Positions 40,201 to 48,686 of a stretch of 64,000 nt of DNA are shown here, in pieces. The stretch's first letter is position 1, and every line of letters begins with the position of its first letter. The position numbers and the translations under genes are program-made. The notes under the pieces are model-generated. The model was not told the DNA's origin. It searched no databases and saw only the letters and a list, made by a program, of their open reading frames with translations. The stretch spans positions 32,001 to 96,000 of the forward strand of contig CM000435.1 of assembly GCA_000165345.1 (NCBI GenBank), in the 5' to 3' direction.

Positions 40201-42263
40201 CAAGAACTTCAGCTGATGATATGTTGGTAAGATTGCATACTGTCTCAAGTGTATTATACTATCATATGGAAGAAATCTTGGAGACAATTGTAGAACAGGA
40301 AGATCTATTAAACAAAGTTCGTGAACTGAAATCAACTCAAACAGGATTTGACAGCTTTAAGATGCCAATTAGTGATTTTATTCAGTTTGGTAAGATCTTC
40401 GAATCTTGGGATACTCCAGGATTAGTTAATGGAGTTGGAAACTGGAGAATTCTTTATGAACCAATTGGTGGAGGAGGAAGAAGTGGAGTTTTGGGTCAGA
40501 CAAGTTCAGTTGGTCCAAATCTCCCTGATAGAACTGTAGCTATTGGATCCTTCTCAAGAATCAAGTATAAGAAATTCTATGATATTGATTATCATGTGGA
40601 TGTTTATGTTGATAGTTACGAAGGTTCTTTTGGTTTAGCATTCAGAATGCAAAACTTCGAGAGATACTATCTTTTAGAGATTAATCAGAATAAAAATGGT
40701 GGATTTAAGAGACTGATTAGAGTTATGGATGGGCAGAAGAGTATATTATCCACTAAGTATGATGGTGGATATGTTACAGGTTCATGGCACCATGTCAGAA
40801 TTCTTTTAACTGGCTCAAGAATTCAGATCTGGGTAGGAACCGAAGCTAACTCAGTACAAGGAGAAAATAAGAAATACTCAAGTCCAGTTAAAGTTTTCGA
40901 TCTATATGACAGTACATTATTGTCAGGGTCTGTTGGATTCTTCTCGAGTGGAATTAAAGGAGGAGGAGTATACTTTGATAATATTAATATTGAAGCTAAA
41001 CCATGTACACAACCAACAATAATATCATCATTACTAAGGCCAAGCGCACCTCCAACAGCTCCAGTTTGTAGCAGCTACAAGTCTGGCTCCTTTGGAGGAG
41101 TACATAATGAATTTATGTTTGTAGATCCAGAATTGTCCAATGATGGTCCTTCAAACTGGGAGTTCCGTTCAAATGTTGGAGGATTACAAACCAGATCATT
41201 GATCCAAACTAGTAATATTCACAGTATTAGCTCTGATAATATTGGTACTCATGCCATTTTGGGTGGAAATCGTCAATGTAACTCTGGAGTATTTGAATAT
41301 TCATTCTTCCCACAATGTCCAAATGGTATTATTGGTGGAATTATTCACTATGAATCAGAGTCAAACTATGTAATCTTTGAAATGGGATCATATTATTCCA
41401 GAATCAGAGCTATCAAGGATGGTGTAATTAAGACTATAGCATCTAATGTATTTGTTGGATACCAGGTTGGAGTTTGGAATAATATTGAAATCCAATTTGG
41501 TACTCTTGGAACAAAGATCCTTGCAAGTACCAATAACTATGGTAAGACACAATTATTGTACTCTGGTTCTCCATTGGGTATCCATGATGGTTCTGTTGGT
41601 CTCTCATCTTTCAGATGTCCAGGTGTTGCTTTCCAGACTATACAATTGAAGCCTTTGTCAACAATGAAAAGTATCTCAGGTTTATTTGTTGAAAAAGATT
41701 CATCATCAAATACAAAAGAAGAAACCAAGACTCAGGATGGAAAGAATCTTACTACTACTACTTCTGAATTCAATTTGGATAGTGAAATGACTTGTCAAGC
41801 TGATCACACTACTTTGAGAAAGAAGGACTGTGAGAAGCTTTCAGGGGGAAAACAATGTGAGACAAATTATTGTTCATACTGTTGTGAAAATAGTGCAAAT
41901 AGAACAACAAAAGAACAATTAAAGTGTAAGCAGGAATGCCACAAAAAAGATGTTATGGATGAGCAGAGCAAAAAGGTATTAAAGAAACTTGGAGATTGTC
42001 ACAGTGAAGATGCTATCAAATTATATTCTGATAAGTGTAATTTCACTGAAAGAAAAGGTCAATTCAGCATTAGTATGCTCAATGATGAATGGACTAAACA
42101 ATTCGTATGCTTTGTAGATATGTGTCAGATGTGTTGCAATACTCAGCCTATGGATGGAGTCACAGAAGATTCCAAAGCTGACGAGGCATCACTATCAGAA
42201 TGTTACTTACAATGTATTTTACAAGATTATAAAACAATGTCAATATCTAAAAGCAGGAAATAA
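37239..42263 (+). CDS. CCp-family (LCCL-domain) secreted multi-adhesive-domain protein: signal peptide, ricin-B-like lectin, discoidin/F5-8C, NEC, LCCL, levanase-like lectin and an ApicA-like Cys-rich C-terminus
   Basis: 1674-aa intron-less ORF with an ATG start. Signal peptide MKKTRLDWLIAFFLFFGVSLIEG. Ricin-B-like region (CWQIENGDIYS...CIEAV...LFNPVSKLCVRLKD...LDDCRKASDGSGLFELMPNNQL). Discoidin (GPAMAVDGKDTSYWLSD...ARYVKIQM). NEC-like (YPGEDCVAIKNDKTQEAISGFYYVRPFCSTKPLRVYCDMNTG). LCCL (CPTSCNPENGGVVIGSDVYRDDSSICLAAMHANTL). Levanase/ConA-like (GSFGLAFRMQNFERYYLLEINQNKNGGFKRLIRV...WHHVRILLTGSRIQIWVG). The C-terminus has 20+ Cys (CEKLSGGKQCETNYCSYCCENS...CFVDMCQMCC). This domain order is that of apicomplexan CCp1/CCp2 proteins. 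Confidence 0.8.
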   Translation: MKKTRLDWLIAFFLFFGVSLIEGKNDGGILESILGTTLKELEKSIIDTQDLGESNDTKKLNETQILSDAYEANINKDRDNVPAATSSLSKAYNPLKLGELFIVPLTSAIADNYYHSYGPDGRDLFLPENGIRRGINHWLSDGNSIKKDIVYFTGILSEPRTVSGIVINWASSPGEVRIDVSKDGYTFEQAVDWTTNRLPSKEFEQKLYFKEKPIRISRVRIGMRNPIHTFFGINFTGLLVVGAPIVQLTSGITSMTEEFCWQIENGDIYSKGAELVLGSCIEAVASGDSREIFEFNSKGQLFNPVSKLCVRLKDNVVGGGALVLDDCRKASDGSGLFELMPNNQLRLARGGNLCLTSPGDKPGVANVALNSAASSTSVVRTGIENGPAMAVDGKDTSYWLSDSLTPGKDSANVNFLIDTGSVTKLKDIFIEWKYPAIDFNIDLSENGKEYQTQVSVNNNGLMSTTYSLEGKKARYVKIQMTIPSQDETGKYVYGIKQVRIFSNTMRSAVEDCSSVKQHNDGRDKIFPLPYNGDNFAPGLLLKAHGISVKNRLNELQELSGKVTSILPNLDACRKTSDGRDNTLKMQATKLGFLSEKLEKLTSDYNLEYKFTKPALGGSELYPGEDCVAIKNDKTQEAISGFYYVRPFCSTKPLRVYCDMNTGNTIYPMEMSVHSSRAASSACATVGLKPLLLRDKKESVVGIKKMLNMMNINDNRRVIPLTHDFGCDNPKGCNSQFTQLGSGVEEFVAASPQAAASNSTSGALPELVLCSTNTNLKHESNAISLSCESRFSDMKVFKSSPLLTSILVKCPTSCNPENGGVVIGSDVYRDDSSICLAAMHANTLNRSTGLAQITPIEGLESYGASIKNGISSVAYTGKRWKKSFVTSKYEGLCPSDSSLSMLISFVELENKGNENVNITSNYTMPQAKSLGMGVAVDTFEAINMMERYMDNIGGITYSPAMKESIGGSQVLVSKVRSQLKPTQIMDYHTRTSADDMLVRLHTVSSVLYYHMEEILETIVEQEDLLNKVRELKSTQTGFDSFKMPISDFIQFGKIFESWDTPGLVNGVGNWRILYEPIGGGGRSGVLGQTSSVGPNLPDRTVAIGSFSRIKYKKFYDIDYHVDVYVDSYEGSFGLAFRMQNFERYYLLEINQNKNGGFKRLIRVMDGQKSILSTKYDGGYVTGSWHHVRILLTGSRIQIWVGTEANSVQGENKKYSSPVKVFDLYDSTLLSGSVGFFSSGIKGGGVYFDNINIEAKPCTQPTIISSLLRPSAPPTAPVCSSYKSGSFGGVHNEFMFVDPELSNDGPSNWEFRSNVGGLQTRSLIQTSNIHSISSDNIGTHAILGGNRQCNSGVFEYSFFPQCPNGIIGGIIHYESESNYVIFEMGSYYSRIRAIKDGVIKTIASNVFVGYQVGVWNNIEIQFGTLGTKILASTNNYGKTQLLYSGSPLGIHDGSVGLSSFRCPGVAFQTIQLKPLSTMKSISGLFVEKDSSSNTKEETKTQDGKNLTTTTSEFNLDSEMTCQADHTTLRKKDCEKLSGGKQCETNYCSYCCENSANRTTKEQLKCKQECHKKDVMDEQSKKVLKKLGDCHSEDAIKLYSDKCNFTERKGQFSISMLNDEWTKQFVCFVDMCQMCCNTQPMDGVTEDSKADEASLSECYLQCILQDYKTMSISKSRK

Positions 42264-42299
42264 ACAAATTAATTTTATATAAAATATAACTTTCAATAA

Positions 42300-42330
<31 letters not shown>

Positions 42331-42388
42331 AATAAAGAATGAGAAGACAAAAAGGAGGAAGTTCTGAAATAGAAAATCTCCAAAAACC

Positions 42389-43765
42389 TTAACATTCAAC
42401 ATCCAAGTGTTTGTCTTTGAGGATGAAACCACTCGGTGGAGGAGCATTACAGGAAGATTTGAGATCACTCAAAATAGCCTCAAGTTGTTTGCATTGACCT
42501 TTAATCGGAAAGGGATTTCCCTCTATTAATGTATATATTTGAGGTAATTTGAATCTCAGAATATAATCAATAATTTTCATGAATTGATTCTTGAATTGAG
42601 AAAAGAAGAAATGAGGAACGATTTGTGTTACAGCTAATACGACAAATACAAATAATCTATGAGGGGAGTTTTTATTTAGTAACTTTACAAGCCATAACCA
42701 TATTTTACCAAAGTTTCCTCTCAGAATATTGATTGATAAGTAAAACCGAACTATTGAATTCAATCTTTTTCCAAAATTTTCTTCAGTTTCATTTTCTTTT
42801 TTATTCAAATCTTCAAGATTACTTGAGTATAATACCCGACACTCTGTAAGCATTAGGCCTTCAAGAAATGCTTCAAATTCATCATTTTCATCCAGAATAT
42901 AAACACAGGAATATGCATAGCTCCAAACTGAGTCAGGGAAAGCAGAGATCTGAGTCCAACATTGATCTATAAATAGGGATGCTGCCATATATAATCCATA
43001 GCTATACATTGGGGATTGAGTGTCAGAGGAAGTAATAGAAGTTGAAGAGGATCTTAGACCAGAAAGTAACTCCTTGATTCTCTTAGAAGAAGATAAAATC
43101 TGTTGATGTGTGGATGATATTTGGTTAATCGAAAGTTGAATAGTCTTCTTTACATTCATCCTCGTAGACTTTATTGAGCTTTCTGTACTTGAAATAATTT
43201 CCTTATATTCACTGGAGTTCTGATAATTACTAATCTTTTCAATGTAGGCTTTTCCTTGTGTTTCAAAATTCGCTTCATTTTTGGGGTAATCTTGACTTAG
43301 ATTAAATTCTTTTCTTTTTGCTTCCTCTTGAGCTTTTTGTCTTTCTTCTTCTTGCTCCTTTTCTTTCTTTAGCCTTAACTCCTCCTGTTCCTTTTTGAGC
43401 CTTAATTCCTCCTGCTCCTTTTCTTTCTTCAGTCTTAGTTCTTCCTGTTCCTTCTTTAGTCTTAATTCTTCTTGTTCTCTCTTTTCTCGTTCTTTTCTTT
43501 CTTTAATCTTTCTTTCCTCCTCTTCTTTCCTCCTCTTATCTTCATTTTCCTTATTAATTCTTTGAATTTCTTCTTCAATTTCTTGAATATGTCTGTTAAT
43601 TATTGGTGAGACAATATCCTCATCTTGTTCTGCTTTCTCAGAATTCCAGTTATGTTCTTTAATTGGAGTTATTTTTTCCTTCAAAACTTTATCATTTCTT
43701 ACATATTTTGATTCCCAGCTAAAAACCAAATAGTTTAAATCTTGACTTAATTTTTCCCCATCCAT
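42389..43765 (-). CDS. Hypothetical protein with an internal E/K-rich tandem-repeat coiled coil (KEQEELRLK units)
   Basis: 458-aa ORF with ATG at 43765..43763. Repeats KKEQEELRLKKEKEQEELRLKKEQEELRLKKEKEQEE correspond to 27/33-nt DNA repeats at about 43370..43490. The C-terminal half is non-repetitive and ends ...ILKDKHLDVEC. The ORF's 3' end overlaps an AT/TAA microsatellite. Confidence 0.45.
   Translation of the reverse strand: MDGEKLSQDLNYLVFSWESKYVRNDKVLKEKITPIKEHNWNSEKAEQDEDIVSPIINRHIQEIEEEIQRINKENEDKRRKEEEERKIKERKEREKREQEELRLKKEQEELRLKKEKEQEELRLKKEQEELRLKKEKEQEEERQKAQEEAKRKEFNLSQDYPKNEANFETQGKAYIEKISNYQNSSEYKEIISSTESSIKSTRMNVKKTIQLSINQISSTHQQILSSSKRIKELLSGLRSSSTSITSSDTQSPMYSYGLYMAASLFIDQCWTQISAFPDSVWSYAYSCVYILDENDEFEAFLEGLMLTECRVLYSSNLEDLNKKENETEENFGKRLNSIVRFYLSINILRGNFGKIWLWLVKLLNKNSPHRLFVFVVLAVTQIVPHFFFSQFKNQFMKIIDYILRFKLPQIYTLIEGNPFPIKGQCKQLEAILSDLKSSCNAPPPSGFILKDKHLDVEC
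43370..43490 (-). repeat. Imperfect in-frame tandem repeat (27-33 nt units) encoding KEQEELRLK coiled-coil repeats
   Basis: Visible directly on the plus strand as four or more copies of tagccttaactcctcctgttccttttt / gagccttaattcctcctgctccttttctttcttcagtcttagttcttcctgttccttc. Confidence 0.6.
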
Positions 43766-44754
43766 ATTAAAAAGAATTCTTTGCTACCTTACTCTTAATA
43801 TATACTCTTAAACTTATAAAGTGAATTAATTTTCTTCTTTATTATAATATTAATAGAGTTTCAACCATTCAAAACGCTTTAATAATTTCAAAGAAGAGCT
43901 AAAACCTCAACAGTTTCAAGAATCCACACACATTATCTCAATTATTGCAAATAGATATCTTTTCAGTTTTTGAAATGATGAATATTACTCCTAAAATAAA
44001 TATTATTTCTTAGTTCCCGCCTAAAGTTGATTACACTTAAGTGCATATAAATGAGAAAAACAAATTAGCAAGAAATAGAAAGGGTAATTTCAATAGTAAA
44101 TGTGAGAGAAAGCAGGGGATAAGTTATAATGAGAGTAAAAATAGAAATGGTTTATTCTAAATAGAAAGGTTTAAGAAAAAAGATATTGATTTGGCATTAA
44201 CAGAAAATCCCAATTTTTATGAAAAAAAGTGGAGCTAAGAGAATATTGGCATTTATTTTATTGTTTTTGTCTAATTTTCGCAATAAATGTTAGTTTTGTG
44301 CTATATTATAAGATTAATTAATAATTATTGCTTACAAAAACGTCTAACTCTTATTTGCATGCTTGCATGCACTAATTACCGGCATAAAATAAATTACGTG
44401 GCAAAGAAAATGAAGAAAATGATAAAAATTGCATGCAAAAATAAAAAATTTCTTAACTGGTAAATGTAATGTAAATTTCTGTATTCTTTTAGGAGTCTTC
44501 CCATGACTCTTCCGAACTGAAGCCCTACCTCTTAAAGTTATCCCTAAAATAAACTACAAGGAATCTAATTAATACAGAGACAAATTGATAAATGATTAGC
44601 AATCCGGAGTAAATAAGTGGCCTCTCTAAAACGAAGAATATAAAGATATTATTCAGATTGACAAATGCAAAGAAAACTCTAATATTAAAACAATATTAAT
44701 ATTCTAAAATAAATGTCTAATAGTAGTTCGAATTTCAGGTCTACTGCTCACTGT

Positions 44755-45312
44755 TTACTTTTGGAAAGTAGTTGGTCTGGATGCAGTAAATGTTGAGCGT
44801 AAAGCCTTTGGAGCCATTGGTAACTTTCTGATAGCTGGGAACTTGAGCTTAGAGTTGAAGAACTGAGTAGTCTTTGGTCTCTTTGCAAGCTTAGCATCAA
44901 TTTGAGAAACACGGATAATCTGAATGCTGCTACGTTGAGCACGGTGTGATCCTGCAAGTTCCTCATACATTTGGCTAACAGCTCCAGTCTTGCTAATGTC
45001 TCTGTACTCCTTATACATATATACAACATTTGTACGGCTTCTGTATTGAAGCAAGATTGCAAAGTTCTTTACATATGTTGGTCTCTTCTCGAAAATACGA
45101 GTAACTGAGAGGATCTCACCATTGGCCTTCTTGACCTTATTCAATCTTGACATGAAGTAGAAGAATCTGCTCTTTGCTACAACTTCATTTGGAGCAAAAA
45201 TGCAAACTCTGAAAACTTTTGGATGTGGATTAAGCTCTGTTGGCTTTCCACGTCCAATAACCATATATTGGTTAACTTTCATTTGTAATGATGGATCTGG
45301 CATTGACTTCAT
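44755..45312 (-). CDS. RPL18A: 60S ribosomal protein L18a (eL20)
   Basis: The ORF-track start at 45375 is a TTG. The first ATG is at 45312..45310 (MKSMPDPSLQMKVNQYMVIGR...). The translation aligns along its full length with eL20 (R.FAPN.VVAKSRF.YF...L.K.KK..GEI.....EK.P..VKNF...L.Y.SR....MY.EYRD....GAV.Q.Y...HRA...SIQI..V). TAA stop. A T15 run sits immediately 5' of the ATG, so an undetected 5' intron or exon is possible. Confidence 0.85.
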   Translation of the reverse strand: MKSMPDPSLQMKVNQYMVIGRGKPTELNPHPKVFRVCIFAPNEVVAKSRFFYFMSRLNKVKKANGEILSVTRIFEKRPTYVKNFAILLQYRSRTNVVYMYKEYRDISKTGAVSQMYEELAGSHRAQRSSIQIIRVSQIDAKLAKRPKTTQFFNSKLKFPAIRKLPMAPKALRSTFTASRPTTFQK

Positions 45313-46627
45313 CTTTTTTTTTTTTCTATTCAAACAATATAAATCTAAATAATTGGTTTTAAAATGTTTCTTCAAACCAAAGAACTTCTCTTTATTTACC
45401 TGAGTATTCTGGTAGTTCTGGTCTTGTAATTTCTAGAACTTAATTTTTTTTTTGTATATTCAATATGTATCTTATATACAAAAAAATTTAGACTTAATCT
45501 TGCCAATTATTTCCTTAAATAATACTTTAACACGTCTCAAAAATTTCCTTGTAATTCAATATTTTTAATAATATATTATTAACTTTATAACTTGTTGTTC
45601 ATAAATAATTCTATTGTATTTAATGGTTATTTCTTAACTATTATTTATTATTAAGGACCTTTGTCTCTCAGTCAATTACCGCCCAAAGACATTTGGCGCC
45701 ATGCCTCGAATGTTCATATTTATAATATATAAAAAGGCAACTCTTCAAATAATTAAAGGGATGAAATTACAAGTTTAAATTTCTTTCGTTTTTTCATTTT
45801 ATTCAATTTTTCACTTGATTATTCCTCATTGTTTACTTCTTTTGTGATATTATCTTTTGTTTTGTGCGCTTTATTCATTTTTGAAATGACACTTAATGGT
45901 AGAAGTAAGGTATAAAGAGGTACCATAGACATGAGAAACGTTATTTGTACTCTTATGTTTAGTTGATTAATATTTAGAAATAAATGCGGATTATGTTTGA
46001 TATTGCAACGAGATGAAAGTAAGGGTGGCTTTGATCCGTAATTTGCGCTAATTACTAGAATCGAGAATTACAATGGAGTGAACTTCAGTTAATAGTAAAT
46101 ACATCCGGCTCTACCTCCTATACCTTAGCTAATTAGATTTTTCGTTTAATTCATTTACTACAATACAAAGCTAAGTATTTTACGACCTATACACACAAAA
46201 TTGTTGTAACATTGCAAAAGTTCCTTGTCAATCTAGAAGATTAAATAACGTTCCGTAAAGTCCTTTCCTCTCTACTTCTCTCAAATATATATATGACTTA
46301 ATATAAACATTTCTTTAATAATTAACCTTATTTATTTTTTTTCGAAATTTCAAAAATTATTTAAAATACATGTTTCAAAATTCAATTCAGTTTTGGCGCC
46401 AAACATTTAATATTTAAATTAGCATTAATATTTAAATAGGGATAATAAATAATTAATAATAAGTTAATATATAGATAAATTAATTAATAATATATTAATG
46501 TATATTAATTAAATACATTACATAGAATTATTAATTTAAGCCTCGGAGCAATATAATTAGATACCCCACTAAGCCGTAATTATATGGGGAGAAAAAAAAT
46601 TAGTTAAATTTTCTATTATGTAGGAAG

Positions 46628-48445
46628 ATGAGAAAGGAACTAGAAATGCTATTGAATGAGTGGAAGAAGATAGTCCTTTTGATACTATTTTTAAGTCAGG
46701 TCTTTACGGCTGTACATGGATACAAACATGGAGACATTGTGAGCATAGTTATGAACAGAATATGGAAATATGATGAGAATATTGTGACATCAGAATTTTC
46801 ATTCTACAGCAAAGTCCCACTTTGTCATGATAACCGTAAGATCGGGGAAATGTCCTTTAATGAAATTGTGAGAGGAGATCAATTGAAAATTATAAAGGCA
46901 GTTTTTGGACAAACTGAAAGCAATAAGTCATTTTGTAGTATTAATTTAACAAGTGATCAGCTCTATAGCATTAGGTATCACATAAGAAATAACTACGTTT
47001 TCGAAATTTACGTAGAAGATAAAGCAATAGCAAAGACTCTTGGCTATATTAATGAAAATAACGAGGCAATTCTAATTACTGGCTATGATTTTTTTATAGG
47101 GTACCGAAATAATGAAATTGTATCATTAGATGTAAAGACTAAAAGAGAACATACTATAAATATTGACAAGACTTTAGAGTTAAATAAACCAGGAAAGTTG
47201 CATCTAATTAACATGAGCTATTGTGTGAACTGGGTTGACAAGAGTAATGAACCAGCAGAAAAGGCTGGAAAAAGTATGGTAAAGATTCCAATGATTAGAT
47301 GGCTTGGAGTTTTTAATAGCTCATTTCTTACAATTCTTATTATTATGATGCTTCTGTTAATATTTATGCAGGTTCTTAGATCAGAGTTTTCAAGGTATTT
47401 CCCAATGGGAGATGATGATCTAAATCTTGCATTTGATGATGATCCTATAGAAATGAAAGGATGGAAACTGTTACACGGTGACATATTCAGATCTCCAAAG
47501 TACAGAATGATCTTGTCATCATTTGTTGGTAATGGAATTCAAATTCTATTTGTTGGCCTTATTATTTGTATAACTGACAATATCTCAATGTTCAGAAACC
47601 TTTCTTTTGATCTTGAAACTCTCAAGTTCCTACTTGCTTTGTTCACAATTTCTTCCTATATCTCTGGATTCGTCTCTTCGTATATATACACTTCCATGGG
47701 TGGAAAGAAGTTCAAGTATAATATCTTTCTTACATGTTTTATATACATCTTACCAGTATACTTAATGGTAATTTCTGTCAAGTCACTAACTTTAGGTTCA
47801 GGACCAAACTTTTTTAACATTTACTCCTCAGTTAAGGTATTTGCAATCTATTCAATGATCTCTTTACCTCTTTGTTTTATTGGAGGACTTTTTGGACAAA
47901 GGAGATCCAAAAATTACTTTAAGTTTCCTTGTAAGACTAACCGTCTTCCTAGACAGATTCCAAGACAAAAGTGGTACAATTCTCAAAAGTTCCAGCTTAT
48001 GGTTTCAGGTATTTTACCTTTTTCTGCAGTATATGTGGAGTTACATTATCTATTTATATCATTCTGGAATTACACTCCATTTTACTTCTATAATAACCAA
48101 CATCATAACAATTTCTTATTATTAACAATCAGTACACTCCTACTTATTCTTGTAGGTTCGACTTCTTCGATCATTCTCATTTATATCCAGCTTAACCTCG
48201 AAAACTATAAATGGTGGTGGTTTTCATTCCTTAATGGATTATCTCCATGTGTCTACTTTTTCCTCTTTTCATTGTATTACTTCCTTTCATACTCTAATCA
48301 CATTTATGGATTCATCCAATTCAGGCTTTTCTTAATGTCAAATCTGATTATTGCATATACTCTAACTTTGGCTTTATCATGTATTACTTTCATAACATCT
48401 TACATATTTATTCACTACATTTATAAACATATAAAGTCAGATTAA
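46628..48445 (+). CDS. Transmembrane 9 superfamily protein (nonaspanin/EMP70, TM9SF)
   Basis: 605-aa ORF with an ATG start. Signal peptide and luminal N-domain, then the family signature WKLLHGDIFRSPKYRMILSSFVGNGIQILFVGL, followed by nine predicted TM helices to the C-terminus. Confidence 0.85.
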   Translation: MRKELEMLLNEWKKIVLLILFLSQVFTAVHGYKHGDIVSIVMNRIWKYDENIVTSEFSFYSKVPLCHDNRKIGEMSFNEIVRGDQLKIIKAVFGQTESNKSFCSINLTSDQLYSIRYHIRNNYVFEIYVEDKAIAKTLGYINENNEAILITGYDFFIGYRNNEIVSLDVKTKREHTINIDKTLELNKPGKLHLINMSYCVNWVDKSNEPAEKAGKSMVKIPMIRWLGVFNSSFLTILIIMMLLLIFMQVLRSEFSRYFPMGDDDLNLAFDDDPIEMKGWKLLHGDIFRSPKYRMILSSFVGNGIQILFVGLIICITDNISMFRNLSFDLETLKFLLALFTISSYISGFVSSYIYTSMGGKKFKYNIFLTCFIYILPVYLMVISVKSLTLGSGPNFFNIYSSVKVFAIYSMISLPLCFIGGLFGQRRSKNYFKFPCKTNRLPRQIPRQKWYNSQKFQLMVSGILPFSAVYVELHYLFISFWNYTPFYFYNNQHHNNFLLLTISTLLLILVGSTSSIILIYIQLNLENYKWWWFSFLNGLSPCVYFFLFSLYYFLSYSNHIYGFIQFRLFLMSNLIIAYTLTLALSCITFITSYIFIHYIYKHIKSD

Positions 48446-48686
48446 TATTGGGATATTGAACAGCACCACATTTACTGACAAGTTCCATTCTATTCAATCC
48501 CATTCCCACATTAAACGTCATTTTGATTGAAAAAATGAAAGGGTGGGATATACTCCGTTATAACTCTCCTTGCTCAATATACAGGAAGAAGACTTATAAT
48601 TAGAACTAACTTAACTAACTTTAGAACTATTCTACACTTAATATATAGCCTTATACTAATTAATACGTAGACTAAGTATTAAACCC

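Noticed and set aside
45313-45375. N-terminal extension MKKHFKTNYLDLYCLNRKKKK of the RPL18A ORF
   Set aside because: It starts at a TTG, and the extension is the translation of a T-run 5' leader. The eL20 alignment begins at the first ATG (45312).
45890-46130. Possible small exons or ncRNA in the 1.3-kb RPL18A/TM9SF intergenic region (ATGACACTTAATGGTAGAAGTAAG followed by GTATAA...)
   Set aside because: I could not assemble a phase-consistent multi-exon reading frame, and I did not recognise an snRNA or snoRNA signature. It remains unassigned.
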